64,000 nt of DNA from Okamejei kenojei. Lineage: Eukaryota. Below the pieces are notes generated by a model. That model saw nothing but the letters and a program-made list of their open reading frames with translations. It had not been told where the DNA came from and searched no databases. This document shows positions 49,579-63,123 of this stretch, one piece after another; positions within the stretch are counted from its first letter, which is position 1; each line of letters begins with the position of its first letter. The stretch covers positions 25,854,001 through 25,918,000 of the forward strand of contig CM069162.1 in NCBI GenBank assembly GCA_035221665.1, in the 5' to 3' direction. The position numbers and the translations under genes are program-made.

Positions 49579-51179
49579 GTATCTTCCCTTTGATACCATG
49601 GATTCTTTAGCAGAGTCTCGTGCGGCACCTTATCAAAGGCTGTCTGAAAATCTAGGTAAACAACATTCACTGACTCCTTTGTCTGTCCTGCTATTTACTT
49701 CCTCAAAGAATTCCAACTCATTCATCAAGCAAGATCTCCCCATCACAAAACCATGCAGACTTTGGTCTATTTTATCATGAACTCAGAAACCTCATCCTTT
49801 ATAATGGACTCTAAAATCTTACCAACCACTGATGTCAGGCTAACCAGTCTATAGTTTCCACTCTTCTGCTTTGCTCCCTTCTTGTGCTGGTTCGAAGGGC
49901 CGAATGGCCTCCTCCTGCACCTATTTTCTATGTTTCTATGTAACAGCAGGGTAATATTTACAATTTTCAAATTGTCTGGAACTACTCATGACTCTAGTGA
50001 TTCTAGAAAGATCACTACTAATGCCTCCACAATCTCTAAAGCCACCTCCTTCAGAACCCTGGGGTGCAGTCTATCCGGTTCCCAGGTTTTTCTTTGCAGC
50101 CCTTCTGAAATAAAGGCACATTTGCCACCCTCCAATCCTCTGACAGCTCACCTGTGGCTAAGGAAGCTGCACGTATCTCAGCAGGGCTCCTGAAAGGGCT
50201 ACAATGAGAGCCACAACAACAGCAGTGCCAGCAGAACATGTGGTGAGTGCAGAAGGGAAGTGCAGTGGTGAGTGAAGGCAACAAATTGTGCAATTGATTG
50301 ATGAACATTTAACATCCATATACTATAGTCTTTAAGGTCATGGTGTACCTATCTCCAACAATGAAGATCCCCATGAGAATGCTCTGAAAACCAAGGAGCA
50401 CGCTCTGTGTCTCAGGAGGCACCGGTCAGGGAATGAACACAATAATGATAAAATTCACCACCCCCTTAAGTGTGCAGCACAGCCTTTGGCTATTTGAGGA
50501 GAAAAACCAGTTAAAGATCAAGCCTCCACCAGGCTCAAAGCACATGCCTGTTATAGTGATCTCTGTATTCTTCTGGGACATAGACTAGCAGCAGCAAATC
50601 AACGAAAAATAGCAACAACATTATTTCTGCAAAATCATCTAAATCCACTGGCGAGTGAGGAAAGATAATGTCAGCATCCTCTCTCAGGCCAAGTATGTCG
50701 AAACAGTACACCATCCTCATCAATTCATGGGAATCCTTGATCCATGACCACAAAAATGGAAATGATGACACTTGTCAGGACACCAGACGCTAGTGTAAGT
50801 GGGAGAAGGTGTGCATCGCCTCTTAATGTGGTTACCACCACACCATGTCAAACACTTCCTGCTCAACCTGTGGCAGAGCATATGGATCCACATCAGACTA
50901 AACAGCCACCTCAGAAGCCAAAGAACTGGAGTGGAAATAAATTATCCATAATCCTGAGAGAATGCCCAAGAGAAACCGTGAAGAATTCATAGGATGATAT
51001 AGACACATAGTTGGGTGCTGGTGAGCCGTTTTGATTGGGCTCATGGCCATAAGCGAGCAGCCAGACATGTGAAAGAACCTTAGGCCAAAAGGCAACATGG
51101 CGAGGATACTGGGAACGAGGACAAGGAAACACATTTAAAACACCTATACAAAATTTTGCAACTTGAACACCAAGACACT

Positions 51180-51297
51180 TAGGGTTTCGGCCCGAAACGT
51201 TGCCTATTTCCTTTGCTCCATAGATGCTATCACCCGCTGAGTTTCTCCAGCACTTTTGTCTACCTTCGATTTTCCAGCATCTGCAGTTCCTTCTTGA
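51180..51297 (+). mobile_element. Penelope-derived short repeat
   Basis: AGGGTTTCGGCCCGAAACGTTGCC...CAGCATCTGCAGTTCCTTCTT. Confidence 0.75.
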
Positions 51298-51935
51298 CCA
51301 AGACACTTAGCCAAATTGGGGGGTTATGTTTTTAGCTAACACCAAAGCAGGGACTGAATTTTTGAATTGAAGATGCTTTCATATTGGAACCTACACTATT
51401 TTCAGGAGTTGAAAGCACAAAATAAGTTTCCAGTTCAAAATAACCATTCCACGCAGTCTGGTCGAAAATGGCAGTCATTTCCCTGCAATGGTGCCATCTG
51501 CAGAGAGATTACATTTTTGGAACCATGATGCATGCACACAAATAATCTGATCAGCCTTAATGTTAAGGTAAAGGTTAAATTCAACCAATTACCTCAGCTG
51601 AATATTGAAGGATTTGAGCTTCAATTTAGTTCAATTATGCCACTTGGCAGAGCACACCATCCCATTGCAGTGGGAGTAAGCAAAATGAGATGATCAGATT
51701 TCATACCAAACATTTTTCTAGGAAGAAATAAAAACTAACTTTAGTGAGAGTCAACACCTTCAGTGGCGAGGATGGGTCGCCAGGGAGAGTCAGCAAATTC
51801 AGGGGAGGGGATTGGACACTAGTGAGACTCAGCACCTACAGAAGAAAATGCAAGAAAATAGTAAATACATGAGGGAGAACACAGGAAGCATTATATTTTC
51901 CAAGACATGGATCTACATTAATAAAAATGTGATAA

Positions 51936-51937
<2 letters not shown>

Positions 51938-51966
<29 letters not shown>

Positions 51967-53180
51967 TATTTTATTGTCATTACACATAAGTGCAACGAGA
52001 TTTGGTTTGCAACTTCCATCCGATGTCATAACTTAAACAACTTATAAAATTTAGGTTTAGATACCCCGAGAACAAAGTTTGTAAAAAGAACATTGGTAAA
52101 ACGGTCAAAACAGACTAAAGTGCAGAAGTGTCTGTGCAACGTGACTATCCGAGGGAGACAGTCCATGGGGGTGGGGGGGGCACTCAGCAGGGCCAGTTCA
52201 GAGCCGCTATAGCTCTGGGAATGAAGCTGTTTCTGAGTCTGGAGGTGCGGGCGTAGAAGGCCTTGTAACGTCTGCCAGAAGGGAGTAGTTCGAACAGTCC
52301 ATTACAAGGGTGAGAGGAGTCTTTATGGATGCTGACGGCCTTCCTGAGGCACCATGTGTGTTAGATGCCCTCCAAGGCTAGTAGTGGTGTCCAAATAATC
52401 TTTTGTGCTCTGTGGACAACGTGCTGAAGAGCTCTCCTCTCCACCTCCGTGCAGCTGAGATACCACACAGAGATGCCATATGTTAGTAAGCTCTCTGTCA
52501 TGCAGCGGTAGAAGGTTGTCAGCAGCTGTTGGGGCAGACCAGTCCGTTTCAATGTTCTTAGGAAGAACAGTCGTTGCTGTGCCTTTTTGATCAGCACAGC
52601 GGTGTTGGTGGACCATGTGAGGTCCTCTGAGATGTGAGTACCCAGAAGCTTAAAGCTGGACACTCTCTCCACACTGTCCCCGTAGATGGAGATTAGGCGT
52701 ATTCCCCATTCTGTGACCTCCTGAAGTCGATATTCAGCTCCTTGGTCTTGGAGGTGTTTAGTGACAAGTTGTTATGTGATCACCAGTCCGCCAGGTTCTG
52801 CACCTCCGCTCTGTATTTTGTTTCATCACCATTGGTGATCAGCCCGATCACCGTTGTGTCGTCTGCAAACTTGACAATGGTGTTGGTGTCGAATGCAGGA
52901 ACACAGTCGTGAGTGAAGAGGGAGTAGAGCATGGGGCTCAGTACACTGCCCTGTGATGTGCCGGTGCTCAGGGTGATAGTGGAGGACAGGTGCGGGTCCA
53001 GTCTCACTGCCTGCGGTCACTCCATCAGATAATTCAGGATCCAATCGCATATCGGTGAGCTGAAGCCTAGCTGGTGGAGTTTGGTGGGGATGACCGTATT
53101 GAAGGCAGAGCTATAGTCTATGAAGAGCATCGTCACGTATGTGCCCTGTCTTTCCAGGTGAGTCAGGACAGTGTGAAGAG
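51938..53180 (-). mobile_element. Rex1/Babar LINE, 5'-truncated, with (TTA)n tail
   Basis: Minus ORFs QGSVLSPMLYSLFTHDC..KFADDT and KKAQQRLFFLRTLK. Tail AATGACAATAAAA plus (TTA)n. Confidence 0.88.
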
Positions 53181-53754
53181 CCTGTTGCTGCTTGAAGTAG
53201 TGATCTGTTTATATGCCCTAAGCAGCAATATTCGGCAGCACCAAAGATCCGAGACCTGGCCAGGGCTGGTCTGGGTCCATGGCATTGTAATTGGGGGTTG
53301 AGGATTGGATGTTGGAGATCAAATCTGTGCCTGTGGAGCAGGGGGCTTGTCAGAGATTTGTATATGTCAGGGGGTTTGATGGCTGCATCACAAGATCAGT
53401 GCTAGGGACATGGAAGGTTGGGTGGTCGATTTAAATGGGAGGGTCGTCAAGATGTTGGGGATGGCATCTGGAATAAGGGAAGCAACCAGATTACAAAGTT
53501 GAAAGGGAGCCAACATTGATTTAGTACAATAGGCTGGGACTTCGTCCGAAGGCAACAAAAGTTATCCTGGCAAATATTTGGTTATTCTAGTAGCCAAAGA
53601 TATGTTATTTGCCCTGAAAGACACACACTTACTGAGAAGGCACAAGACTTTGCAGAAGCTAGATCTTGAGTGACACACAAACTTCTTCAGGAACTCAGTG
53701 GGTCAAGCAGCATCTGTGGAGAGAAATATAAATGTTTCTGTCCATTTCCCTCCC

Positions 53755-55405
53755 CTTTGACTTCCACTTTCCGAGCCCCCACTCCCTCATCTTTACTATG
53801 GACATTCAGTCACTCTACACCTCCATCCCCCACCAGGAAGGCCTTAAAGCCCTCCGTTTCTTCCTCGAATAGAGCCCCAGCCAATTTCCCTCTACTAACA
53901 CTCTACTCCGCCTAGTGGAGCTGGTCCTTACCCTCACCAACTTCTCTATTGACTCCTCCCACTTCCTCCAAGTCCAAGGCGCATCTATGGGCACCCGCAT
54001 GGGCCCCAGCTATGCCTGCCTCTTTGTGGGGTACGTTGAACAATCCCTATTCCAGGCATACACTGGTCCTATTCCCGAACTCTATCTCCGTTACATTGAT
54101 GACTGCATCGGTGCTACCTCCTGCACCCATGCAGAACTCATAGATTTCATCAACTTCACCACCAATTTTCATCCTGCACTCAAATTTACTTGGACCTTCT
54201 CCGACACCTCCCTCCCCTTTCTTGATCTCACAGTCTCCATCACAAGAAACAGACTTTTGATTGACGCCTATTACAAACCCACTGACCGCCACAACTATCT
54301 CAACTACACTTCTTCCCACCCTGCTTCCTGCAAAGACTCTATCCTCTACTCCCAATTCCTCCGTCTGCACAGCATCTGCGCCTAAGAAGAGGTGCTCCAT
54401 ATTAGAACATCCGAGATGTCCTCATTCTTTAGGGAATGGGGCTTCCCATCTCCAATCAAAGATGAGGCCCTCACTCGTACCCCGCAGCTCTGCCTTTGCT
54501 CTCTCCCCCTAGTCGCAACAGAGACTGTTAGAGTCCCCCTAGTCCTTACCTTCCACCCAATCAGCCGTCGCATCCAACACATAATCCTCCAAAATCTCCG
54601 CACCTCCAACGGGATCCCACCACTAGCCACATTTTCCCATCTCCAACCCTTTCCGCCTTCCGCATAGACCCCTCCGCAACTCCCTGGTTAACTTATCCCT
54701 TCCCACCCCCTCCCCAGGTATCTTCCGCTGCAACCGCAGAAGATGCACCAACTTTCGCTATATCTCCTCCCTCGACTTTGAGCAGGGACCCTGACAGTCC
54801 TTTCAGGTTAGGCAGAAGTTCACTTGCACCTCCTCCAACCTCATCTACTGTATCCACTGTTCAAGATGTGGACTCTTATACATCGGCGAGACCAAACGCA
54901 GGCTGGGCGATCGTTTTGTGGAACACCTTCGCTCAGCCCACCTGAACCAACCCGATCTCCCACTGCTGGACACTTTAATTCTCCTTCCCATTCCCACACA
55001 GACCTCTCTGTCCTCGGTCTCTTCCATTGTCCGAATGAGACTAAACGCAAATTGGAGGAACAGCATCTCATATTTTGCTTGGGCAGCTTACAACCCAGTG
55101 GCATGAATATTGATTTCTCTCACTTCAGGTAGCCCCGGCAATTCATCTCTCTTTATTCCTCCCCCACCCAAGTCGCACTAGCTTCTCATTTTCATCCTAC
55201 AGCTTACAATGGCCTGTTTCCTTTATGATTGTTACTTTTTTGCATATCTTTGATTCATTGTTCTTTATCTCTCCACATCACCATCTATATCTCTCGTTTC
55301 CCTTATCCCTAACCAGTCTGAAGAAGGGTCTCGACCCGAAACATCACCCATTCCTTCTCTCCAGAGATGCTGCCTGTCCCGCTGAGTTACTCCAGCTTTT
55401 TGTGC
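53755..55405 (+). mobile_element. Penelope-like retroelement (RT and GIY-YIG), 5'-truncated and disrupted
   Basis: RT motifs QVQGASMGTRMGPSYACLF, YLRYIDD, LPFLD and YYKPTD. GIY-YIG FTCTSSNLIYCIHCSRCGLLYIGETKRRLGDRF. 3'UTR carries a hammerhead-like motif at about 55315-55345. Confidence 0.92.
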
Positions 55406-55769
55406 CTCCCTCCACAGATGCTGTCTGATCTGCTGAGTTCTTCCAGCCGTTTATTTTTTTGCTCACAGTTATAGATATGGGCATATCATTCATTTTTCAG
55501 GCAGAGATTTGGTAAATTATTGTCTCTCAAAAGGTTATGAATATTTGGAGACAGAGGTTTTGATTTTTTTCTGCAGATAGATGAATTTTTTAGAAGGGAG
55601 CAAGTGAAATGTTGGCAGGGAAAGGCAGAAGAGCAAAACTGAGGTTACTGTCAGATTAGTCATGACATTATTAAATTGAAGAGAAAGATGGAGTAGTTAA
55701 ATGGCCTACTCCTCCTGCTCCTAATTCACATATCCAAACTATCCCATTGCGGACTTAAGATTTTTTCTC

Positions 55770-55950
55770 TCAACTGTTACCCTACAATGCTGGCAACTAC
55801 ATTCTGCACTCTGCATTTTTCTCTTTGCTCTACCTTTTGTTCTTGAATTTGGCTTGATTGTATTCATGTATAGTACCACCTGAATTGATTGGAGAGCACG
55901 CAGACGAGATTTTTCACTTTGGTAAACATGACAATAATAAACCTAAACCT
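55770..55950 (+). mobile_element. LINE 3' tail (Rex1/L2-like)
   Basis: Ends ATGACAATAATAAACCTAAACCT. Confidence 0.5.
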
Positions 55951-56939
55951 ATTCATTCATTACTATTATAAAATCGGTATTTTAATTTCTAGCCCATTGT
56001 GTCCAGAATAGAAATGTACACTACATGAGTACAAGCACTAGATGGAGCCATGGCAATGCAGTTCCCTATCAGTAACAGTGACTCATGTAACCAGCCTGTA
56101 CACAAAACTGGGAGTGAGGCATTTTTGTTAAACTTGAGACACAGTCATTTCCTTTAAATCAATGACTAACATTGGACTCATTGTAAACACCTCCACATAC
56201 ATTGAACATATTAAAGGTCATTTGGTGATGCTGTAATCCAGGGAAGTAAAACCTCCAGAGACTTGATCCTGTGACAGCTAAAACATATGTGGAGCACAGA
56301 ATCATCAAATTGAAAGGATCCAATAAAAAACTCTTTGAGTTCTACAGAAAATATATGATCATCAAACATCAAATGTCAATGTTTAAAACAAGAATCCACC
56401 CATTGTTTTTATATGTAGTGTGTTTATAGTTTGTATATCCATATATCTACTGTCCTTTTACAGAATGCATTCATATAACATGAGTTAGCAAGAATAATGA
56501 GTATTTTTTATTTAATGTATTGCTTGCTTATATTTAATCTTTTAATGTAAAGTATATGCTCATACAAATTATTCTATATGTAGTTCATTTATAAAATGTA
56601 TTATATATTTCATTGATTATATTTGTTGATGCTGATACTTTAATGGCTAAGATAATAGTGGAATAAGCAATAGTCTGTCCAGTAATCATTGATATGTCAT
56701 GGTATGGATAATGTGACTCTCACTGTACAATGATATTATCAGCAGGTGCTTGGGTTGGGAGTGCTGCCATGATATCTTGATGGTGTTTGATGGTGATGAT
56801 ATTCCTCTGACGGTGTTTGTTATGATGAGCAGCGCTCCACGCATTCTGTCTAGAGGAAGATCCTATTAAAGTTAGACTCCCTGCTCCTTCCTTCCCAACC
56901 ATGTCATGCAATAGGGTTTGATTATCTACGCTTAAGTAA

Positions 56940-57295
56940 CTTATACCTTAATTCGCTTCCCCTCCTCCCTCCCCCTTGCCCCCTTCCTCCACCCTAGTCA
57001 TTTAACCAGTTCCACAGTTCACCACATTGTATTGCATTGAGATCACACCTTCCCTAGCCAACAATGGGCCTACCAGAGCACCACCCTGCCTGAGGTCATT
57101 TATGGCAGGCCCTGATTGGCCCTATTTTCTCACCTCCAGTTCTTTACCCCATCACCTACTTTCAGTCTGAATAAGAAGAGTCCTGACCCGAAACGTCATC
57201 CATTCTTTTTCTCCAGAGATGCTGCCTGACCCGCTGAGTTTATAGAGCATTTTGTGTCTATCTTTGGTATAAACCAGCATCTATTGTTCTTTGTT
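56940..57295 (+). mobile_element. Penelope 3'UTR fragment
   Basis: CAGTCTGAATAAGAAGAGTCCTGACCCGAAACGTCA...GATGCTGCCTGACCCGCTGAG. Confidence 0.7.
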
Positions 57296-58565
57296 TCTTT
57301 ATAATGAATTAAGAATGCAATCACAGTTACAATGTAGGAAAGTGGCAACACACTGTGAACAGTAATCTTCAACAAATATCAATGTGAGGCAGATCAGATG
57401 ATCTGTTTTCTTGATATTGATTCCACCAGGAAAATATGTTACCATGCCTCGAGGGGGACAAATGAAGCCTTGGTTTTGTATCTCATTTAAAGATGAGATT
57501 CTGCATTACGACTGCTGAACAGGGTCTGCCATTGAAAAGTATGATTGAGGGTAGGCTTTGACTGTGTTGCAGCATTCTCTACAGCTGGAAGGTCTTCTGA
57601 CATTCCGAAGACTGAGCTCTGGTGTGAAGAAATGACCTGGTAAAGCAATGGACAGAGGCTAAACAAGAGACTGTCCCTTCAGAAAGAGAGGAAAACAGTC
57701 TGGCATTCTACACGCATAGCATAGTATCCATTACAACTCTCCATCACTTTAATTGAACTCAACCTCTTTCATTGAGCCAAACAATATCCTGCTCATTCAG
57801 CTCAACATCCTGGTATTGAATTTACATGATTTACGAGGAGATGACCAGGAATTTGGCAATATTTGCTGGGGATGGCTGAGGCTGTGTTATTATTAATTGG
57901 GGATGACTAATCGTGTGTCAGGCATTATCGATGGTACCCGTTGGTATGTTAGTATTTATAGGGGATGCCTGGGCCATGTAACAGAATCTAAAGGAGGATA
58001 TCTGAAACTATGTCAATATTCACTGAATGGGAACTGCTCGGTATTTTTAGGACAATGTAAGGAGGTCCTCAGGAAATTTGCCTTTATTACATCCGGTAGA
58101 TAGGTGTATAAAAACAAGCATGTTTGGACTTGACATGCTATCAAATAAAATCCTGATCTCATCCTGCTTGAAAGTCAATGTTTTGAAACGCTCCACTAAT
58201 CAACAGCTGCTTGCTTGGGTGATTTGTAAAAGTGATTAGACAGTGAAATTAGGCAATACATGTACCAGGGTTCCTTCTCGTCTGGCACCCTGGTACATGT
58301 CTTGCCTCATTTCAAATTTCAGCAAAGATCTATTGAAATAGCACTTTGTGGTATCATGATTCACATCTTAGACTTCAAACTCGCACATGAACCTTGTTCA
58401 GCATTGATTTCAAAACTGATAAGTCCTTTCCCCAAATTTTGCAACATTGCATTGCCACAGAATTAACTCCCAGTCCGTGTCGTTTTGTTTTATCTTTATT
58501 AGCCCAGGTTATTTTGAATCTGAATTATTTACTTCTGTTCACCTGAGCCATTACCCCTTGTTTTA

Positions 58566-60525
58566 CTGTGTAAGAAGGAACTGTAGATGTTGGTTTATAC
58601 CGAAGATAGACACAAAAAGCTGGAGTAACTCAGCGGGCCAGGCAGCATCTCTGGACAGAAGGAATGGGTGATGTTTTGGGTCAAGACCCTTCTTCAGACT
58701 GGTTAGGGATAAGGGAAAAGAGAAATATAGATGGTGATGTGGAGAGATAAAGAACAATGAATGAAAGATATGCAAAAAAGTAATGACGATAAAGGAAACA
58801 GGCCCTTAAAAATAAATAAATAAACAAATAAATAAATAAAAGACCACTTACGCTAGAATGCTATTCATTGACCAGCTCGGCATTCAACACGATCATCCCT
58901 CAGAAGCTGGTGGGGAAGCTCTCCCTGCTCGGCCTCAATACCCCCCTCTGCAACTGGATCCTGGACTTCTTAATACATCGACCACAGTCAGTCTGTGTTG
59001 GCAACAACACCTCAAACACCATCATCCTGAACACCAGAGCCCCCCAAGGCTGTGTGCTTAGTCCACTACTATTCACCCTACTTACCCAGGACCGTGCCGC
59101 CAAACACAACACCAACCAAATGATCAAATTTGCAGATAACACTACAGTGGTGGGCTTCATCAGAGACAACAATGAGACTGCCGACAGAGAGGAAGTGACG
59201 CAGTTTGTGAACTGGTGCGAAGACAACAAATCTGTCCCTGAACATCACCAAGACCAAAGAGATGACTGTAGACTTCAGGAGAACGTAGGCTGCCCACTCC
59301 CCCCTGCTTATTAATGGCTCCATCGTGGAGAGGGTGCAAATTCCTAAGGGTGCACCTCTCCTGGTTTCTCAACACTACACACCTGGCTGGGAGGGCTCAG
59401 CAGAGGCTGTACTTCCTCAGGAGGCTGAAACAAGCGAGGCTTCCCCCACCCATCCTCTCTATGTTCTCCGGAGGTGCCATAGAGAGCGTCAAGACCAACT
59501 GCATCGCCGTCTGGTACGGGAGCTGCACCGCATCAGGCAGAAAGACCCTGCAGCGATTAGTCAGGACAGCAGAGAACATCATCGGGGAGCCTCTCCCATC
59601 CATTCTGGACATTTTCAACAAAAGATGCCTCCAAATAGCCTCCAACATTATTAAGGACATTATTAAGGACTCCTCCCACCCCTCCCATGGACTCTTTGCC
59701 CCTCTGCCGTCTGGCATGAGATACCGGAGCATCAAGGCCAACACCACCAGGATGTGCAACTGCTTCCTCCCCCTAGCTGTTAGAATGATGAACACTCTGC
59801 TGCACACACACACCTAACCTAAAACACACTGGCACCTTACATCAATATCAATCACTACGCACCTCGCATAACCCCGTGAGGAACGGCATTTTGTTCAAAT
59901 GTATACTTATATGTTCGAATGACAAATAAATTATTATTAAAATATTAGGCCATTATAAGCTGTTTATAGGGTGAAAATGAGAAGCTAGTGCGACTTGGGT
60001 GGGTGAGCGATAGAGAGAGAGGGAATGCCTGCGAGAACCTAATCTCCCGGTTGCTGGACAACCTGATCTCCTGGTTGCTGGACACTTTAATTCTCCTTCC
60101 CATTCCTACACAGACCTTTTTGTCCTCGGTCTCCTCCATTTTCAGAGTGAGGCTAAACGCAAATTGGAGGAACAGCATCTCATATTTCGCCTAGGCAGGT
60201 TAGAGCCCAGTGGTATGAATATTGATTCCTTTCACTTCAGGTAGCCCCGGCATTCCCTCTCTCTCTATCTCTCCCCCACCCAAGTTGCACAAGCTTCTCA
60301 TTTTCACCCTACTAACAGCTTACAATGGCCTGTTTCCTTTATCATCGTTACTTATTTTGCATATATTTTATTCATTGTTCTTTATCTCTACATATCACCG
60401 TCTATATCTCTCTTTTCCCTTATCCCTAACCTGTCTGAAGAAGGTCTCGACCCGAAACATCACCATTCCTTTTCTCCAGAGATGATGCCTGGCCCGCTGA
60501 GTTACTCCAGCTTTTTGTGTCTACC
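58566..60525. mobile_element. Penelope inverted (head-to-head) structure: minus arm 58566-58808 plus 59947-60030, plus arm 60031-60525; split by Rex1
   Basis: Both arms match 54950-55405 in opposite orientations. Confidence 0.82.
58809..59946 (+). mobile_element. Rex1/Babar LINE, 5'-truncated, nested in Penelope
   Basis: [39 protein letters not shown]. Tail GAATGACAAATAAA plus (TTA)n. Near-TSD AGGCCCTTA/AGGCCATTA. Confidence 0.88.
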
Positions 60526-61812
60526 CTTGTTTTACTGCTCGCGAAGCTCACAGGCCTATTATGTAACTACAGCATATTCAGATTTTTTTTATTTTTAGGT
60601 GTTGTGTTTCTTAATCTGTTGCCTGCATCTTTGGGCTAAATTGAACCTATCCCTCTGTGAACAATACAGAGTGCCCTCGTTTACAGGCTGAGTTAAGTAA
60701 ATGGAATGCAACTCTGGCACGTGTCAGTGCCAGATCCTCCCAGCTGTCAGCAGGACATTGTGCAATTCTTTAATCAAGATAGTTCCGTCATAAATTTCAA
60801 AGTCTGCCCTGAGGGAGAATAATTATTGCTCCACTCTGTGATAAGGTTTATGCTTTTGCTGGCACCTCTTCTGCTTTGCGATTGTACCACCTTCACCAAG
60901 AACATGACAAATGTACACAGCAGAACTGAATTAACCGTTTTATGACTTCAAAGTTATGGCACAACTTCCAATGTCCAGATACATCTGCTTGGAGATACTG
61001 AATCTACAGATTCCCTTTTGCACAGTACAAAGTTCACAACTATCCTATATTCAGATAAGCATGGAGGAAGAGTGGGTGGATGCAACAAGTGCAGATAGGG
61101 AAAGAGACAGGAGGACTAAGAAGTGGAAGCATAGGGAGAAACATAAGGAATTATGGAATTCGGATAGGAGGGTAAATAATGGAGAGGGTGGCAAAGAAAG
61201 GGGCACTGCCAAAGGCCATGGGGTAAGGAAGAGCGCAAAGAAAGTAAGGTGAAATTAGGGTGGGAAAGAAATGAAGGGAATCAAAAAGGTCCTAAGGATG
61301 GTGTCACGAGGATATTGAAATGGTAATTTGGGTAGAGGGGAGATTATAGAAAGCCAAGGTTGGGTAAAGCATAGTCCAAAGCTTCTCAAAGGAGAAGAAA
61401 GTTCAGAAAATCTATTACATTCAGCCTTCGATAAATGGAAAACTAACAGAAATGAAATAATGAAACAGGAGTGAAGAAAGTAGTGAGGAAGGGCGTGTGA
61501 TCTAAATGTTGCTCTTGCTACAATGTTGCTCTTGCTTTTACACTCATGAGGTGTAAGGAACAATATGAATGGCTGCAAGGACCAATTTAGGGTGAGGGAG
61601 GGGGGGGGGGTGACTGTCACTGGAGCCTTCACTGAGGCATACCAGCAGGATTGCCAGAACCTGGAGCTAAATATACCAGCTTATTAGTTACAATAGACAA
61701 TAGGTGCAGGAGTAGGCCATTCGGCCCTTCGAGCCAGCACTGCAGGAAATATAAGGAAAATATTAAAAGGACAGGAGTGGCCTTATTGATTAATGTTGGA
61801 ATTGTTTCAATC

Positions 61813-62300
61813 ATGAGAGGATTTACTAGAATGTTGCCAGGGTTCCAGCAACTATGTTACAGAGAAAGGTTGAACAAGTTAGGTCTTTATTCTTTGGAGC
61901 GCAGAAGGTTAAGGGGGGACTTGATTGAGGTCTTTAAAATGATGAAAGGGATAGACAGAGTTGACGTGGATAAGCTTTTCCCATTGTGGGTAAGGAAGAT
62001 TCAAACAAGAGGACATGACATGAGAATTAAGGGACAGAAGTTTAGGGGTAACGTGAGGGGGAACTTCTTTACTCAGAGGGTGGTGGCTGTGTGGAATGAG
62101 CTTCCAGCAGAGGTGGTGGAGGCAGGATCGATTTTAACATTTAAAAGTAAAGTGGATAGGTATTTGGACGTGAAGGGAATGGAGGGGTATGGTCTGAGTG
62201 CAGGTAGATGGGACTAGGGGAAAACAAATGGTCGGCACGGACTGGAAGGGCCGAGAGGGCCTGTCTCCGTGCTGTAATTGTTATATGGTTATATGGTTAT
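61813..62300 (+). mobile_element. CR1 LINE 3' fragment
   Basis: RGFTRMLPG..LGLYSLERRRLRGDLIEVFK..FFTQRVVAVWNELP; (GTTATATG)n tail. Confidence 0.9.
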
Positions 62301-63123
62301 ATTTAACATGAGGTGAGCAGATAGTGACGACTTTATGGATAGGAGTAATGAGAAAAGATTTAAAGTTGCATTGGGAATTGTGTTTGGCAGCATGATAGCA
62401 GATGTGAAATGGTGGTGTGTACAAATGCAAACATCAGACAAGCATATTGTTTTAATGGTAGATTTTAACTTCTATGAAAATTAAGCTTTAAGTTCACGTT
62501 TGGATGGAACTAACAAGAGGTCAATCCATATTGGATTTAGCTATGAGCCAAATTTAGTAACAGCCTAACAATGCATAAACATTTCTCAACAGTGGTCATA
62601 ATATTATTAACTTTAATGCAATGTTCAAAATGGAGAAATTTGCTATGCAGTTGTTATGGATATTTATTTAGGTAAGATTGACATCCTCCTTGTAAAGCAA
62701 AGACTGTTCATGTTAAACTAGCAAATCTGTCTATAAGTAAAGCGCCAAGTGACAAATGGAAATATATAAAAATAGATAAAATGTGAACCAAAGTCAATTT
62801 ACAACACCTGGGCCATTCAACTTTCCAGGAAAATAAACCACCGCTGACCAAAACAGTTAAAACATAAAACAAAAAGAGAAGGCAAAAGTTATCAAAGATC
62901 CTAATGATTGGGAGATATACAAAGAACAATGAAGGGTGACAGCACAAATAATAGGAGCTCATGATAAAGAAACTCACAAGGGATAGGGAACCCAATTAAA
63001 AAATATTTACAGTTGTATTTGGAAAAAGAGGATGATCTGTAGTAATATAGCCCCTTAAATGTAAATAGCGAAAAGTAGTTACAATAGAGAAAGAGGACAC
63101 GATAACCTGGCATCCAGATGAAA

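Larger units (their letters stand above)
47780..50085 (-). mobile_element. CR1 LINE (RT region) hosting three nested insertions
   Basis: Minus ORFs [69 protein letters not shown] and QRDLGVLV. Confidence 0.88.

Noticed and set aside
12890-60525. Recurrent hairpin-containing repeat as a CRISPR array
   Set aside because: Dispersed on both strands without regular spacers, eukaryotic context, and explained by Penelope 3'UTRs.
62680-63060. Possible conserved non-coding element
   Set aside because: Unique-looking sequence, but conservation cannot be judged without an alignment.
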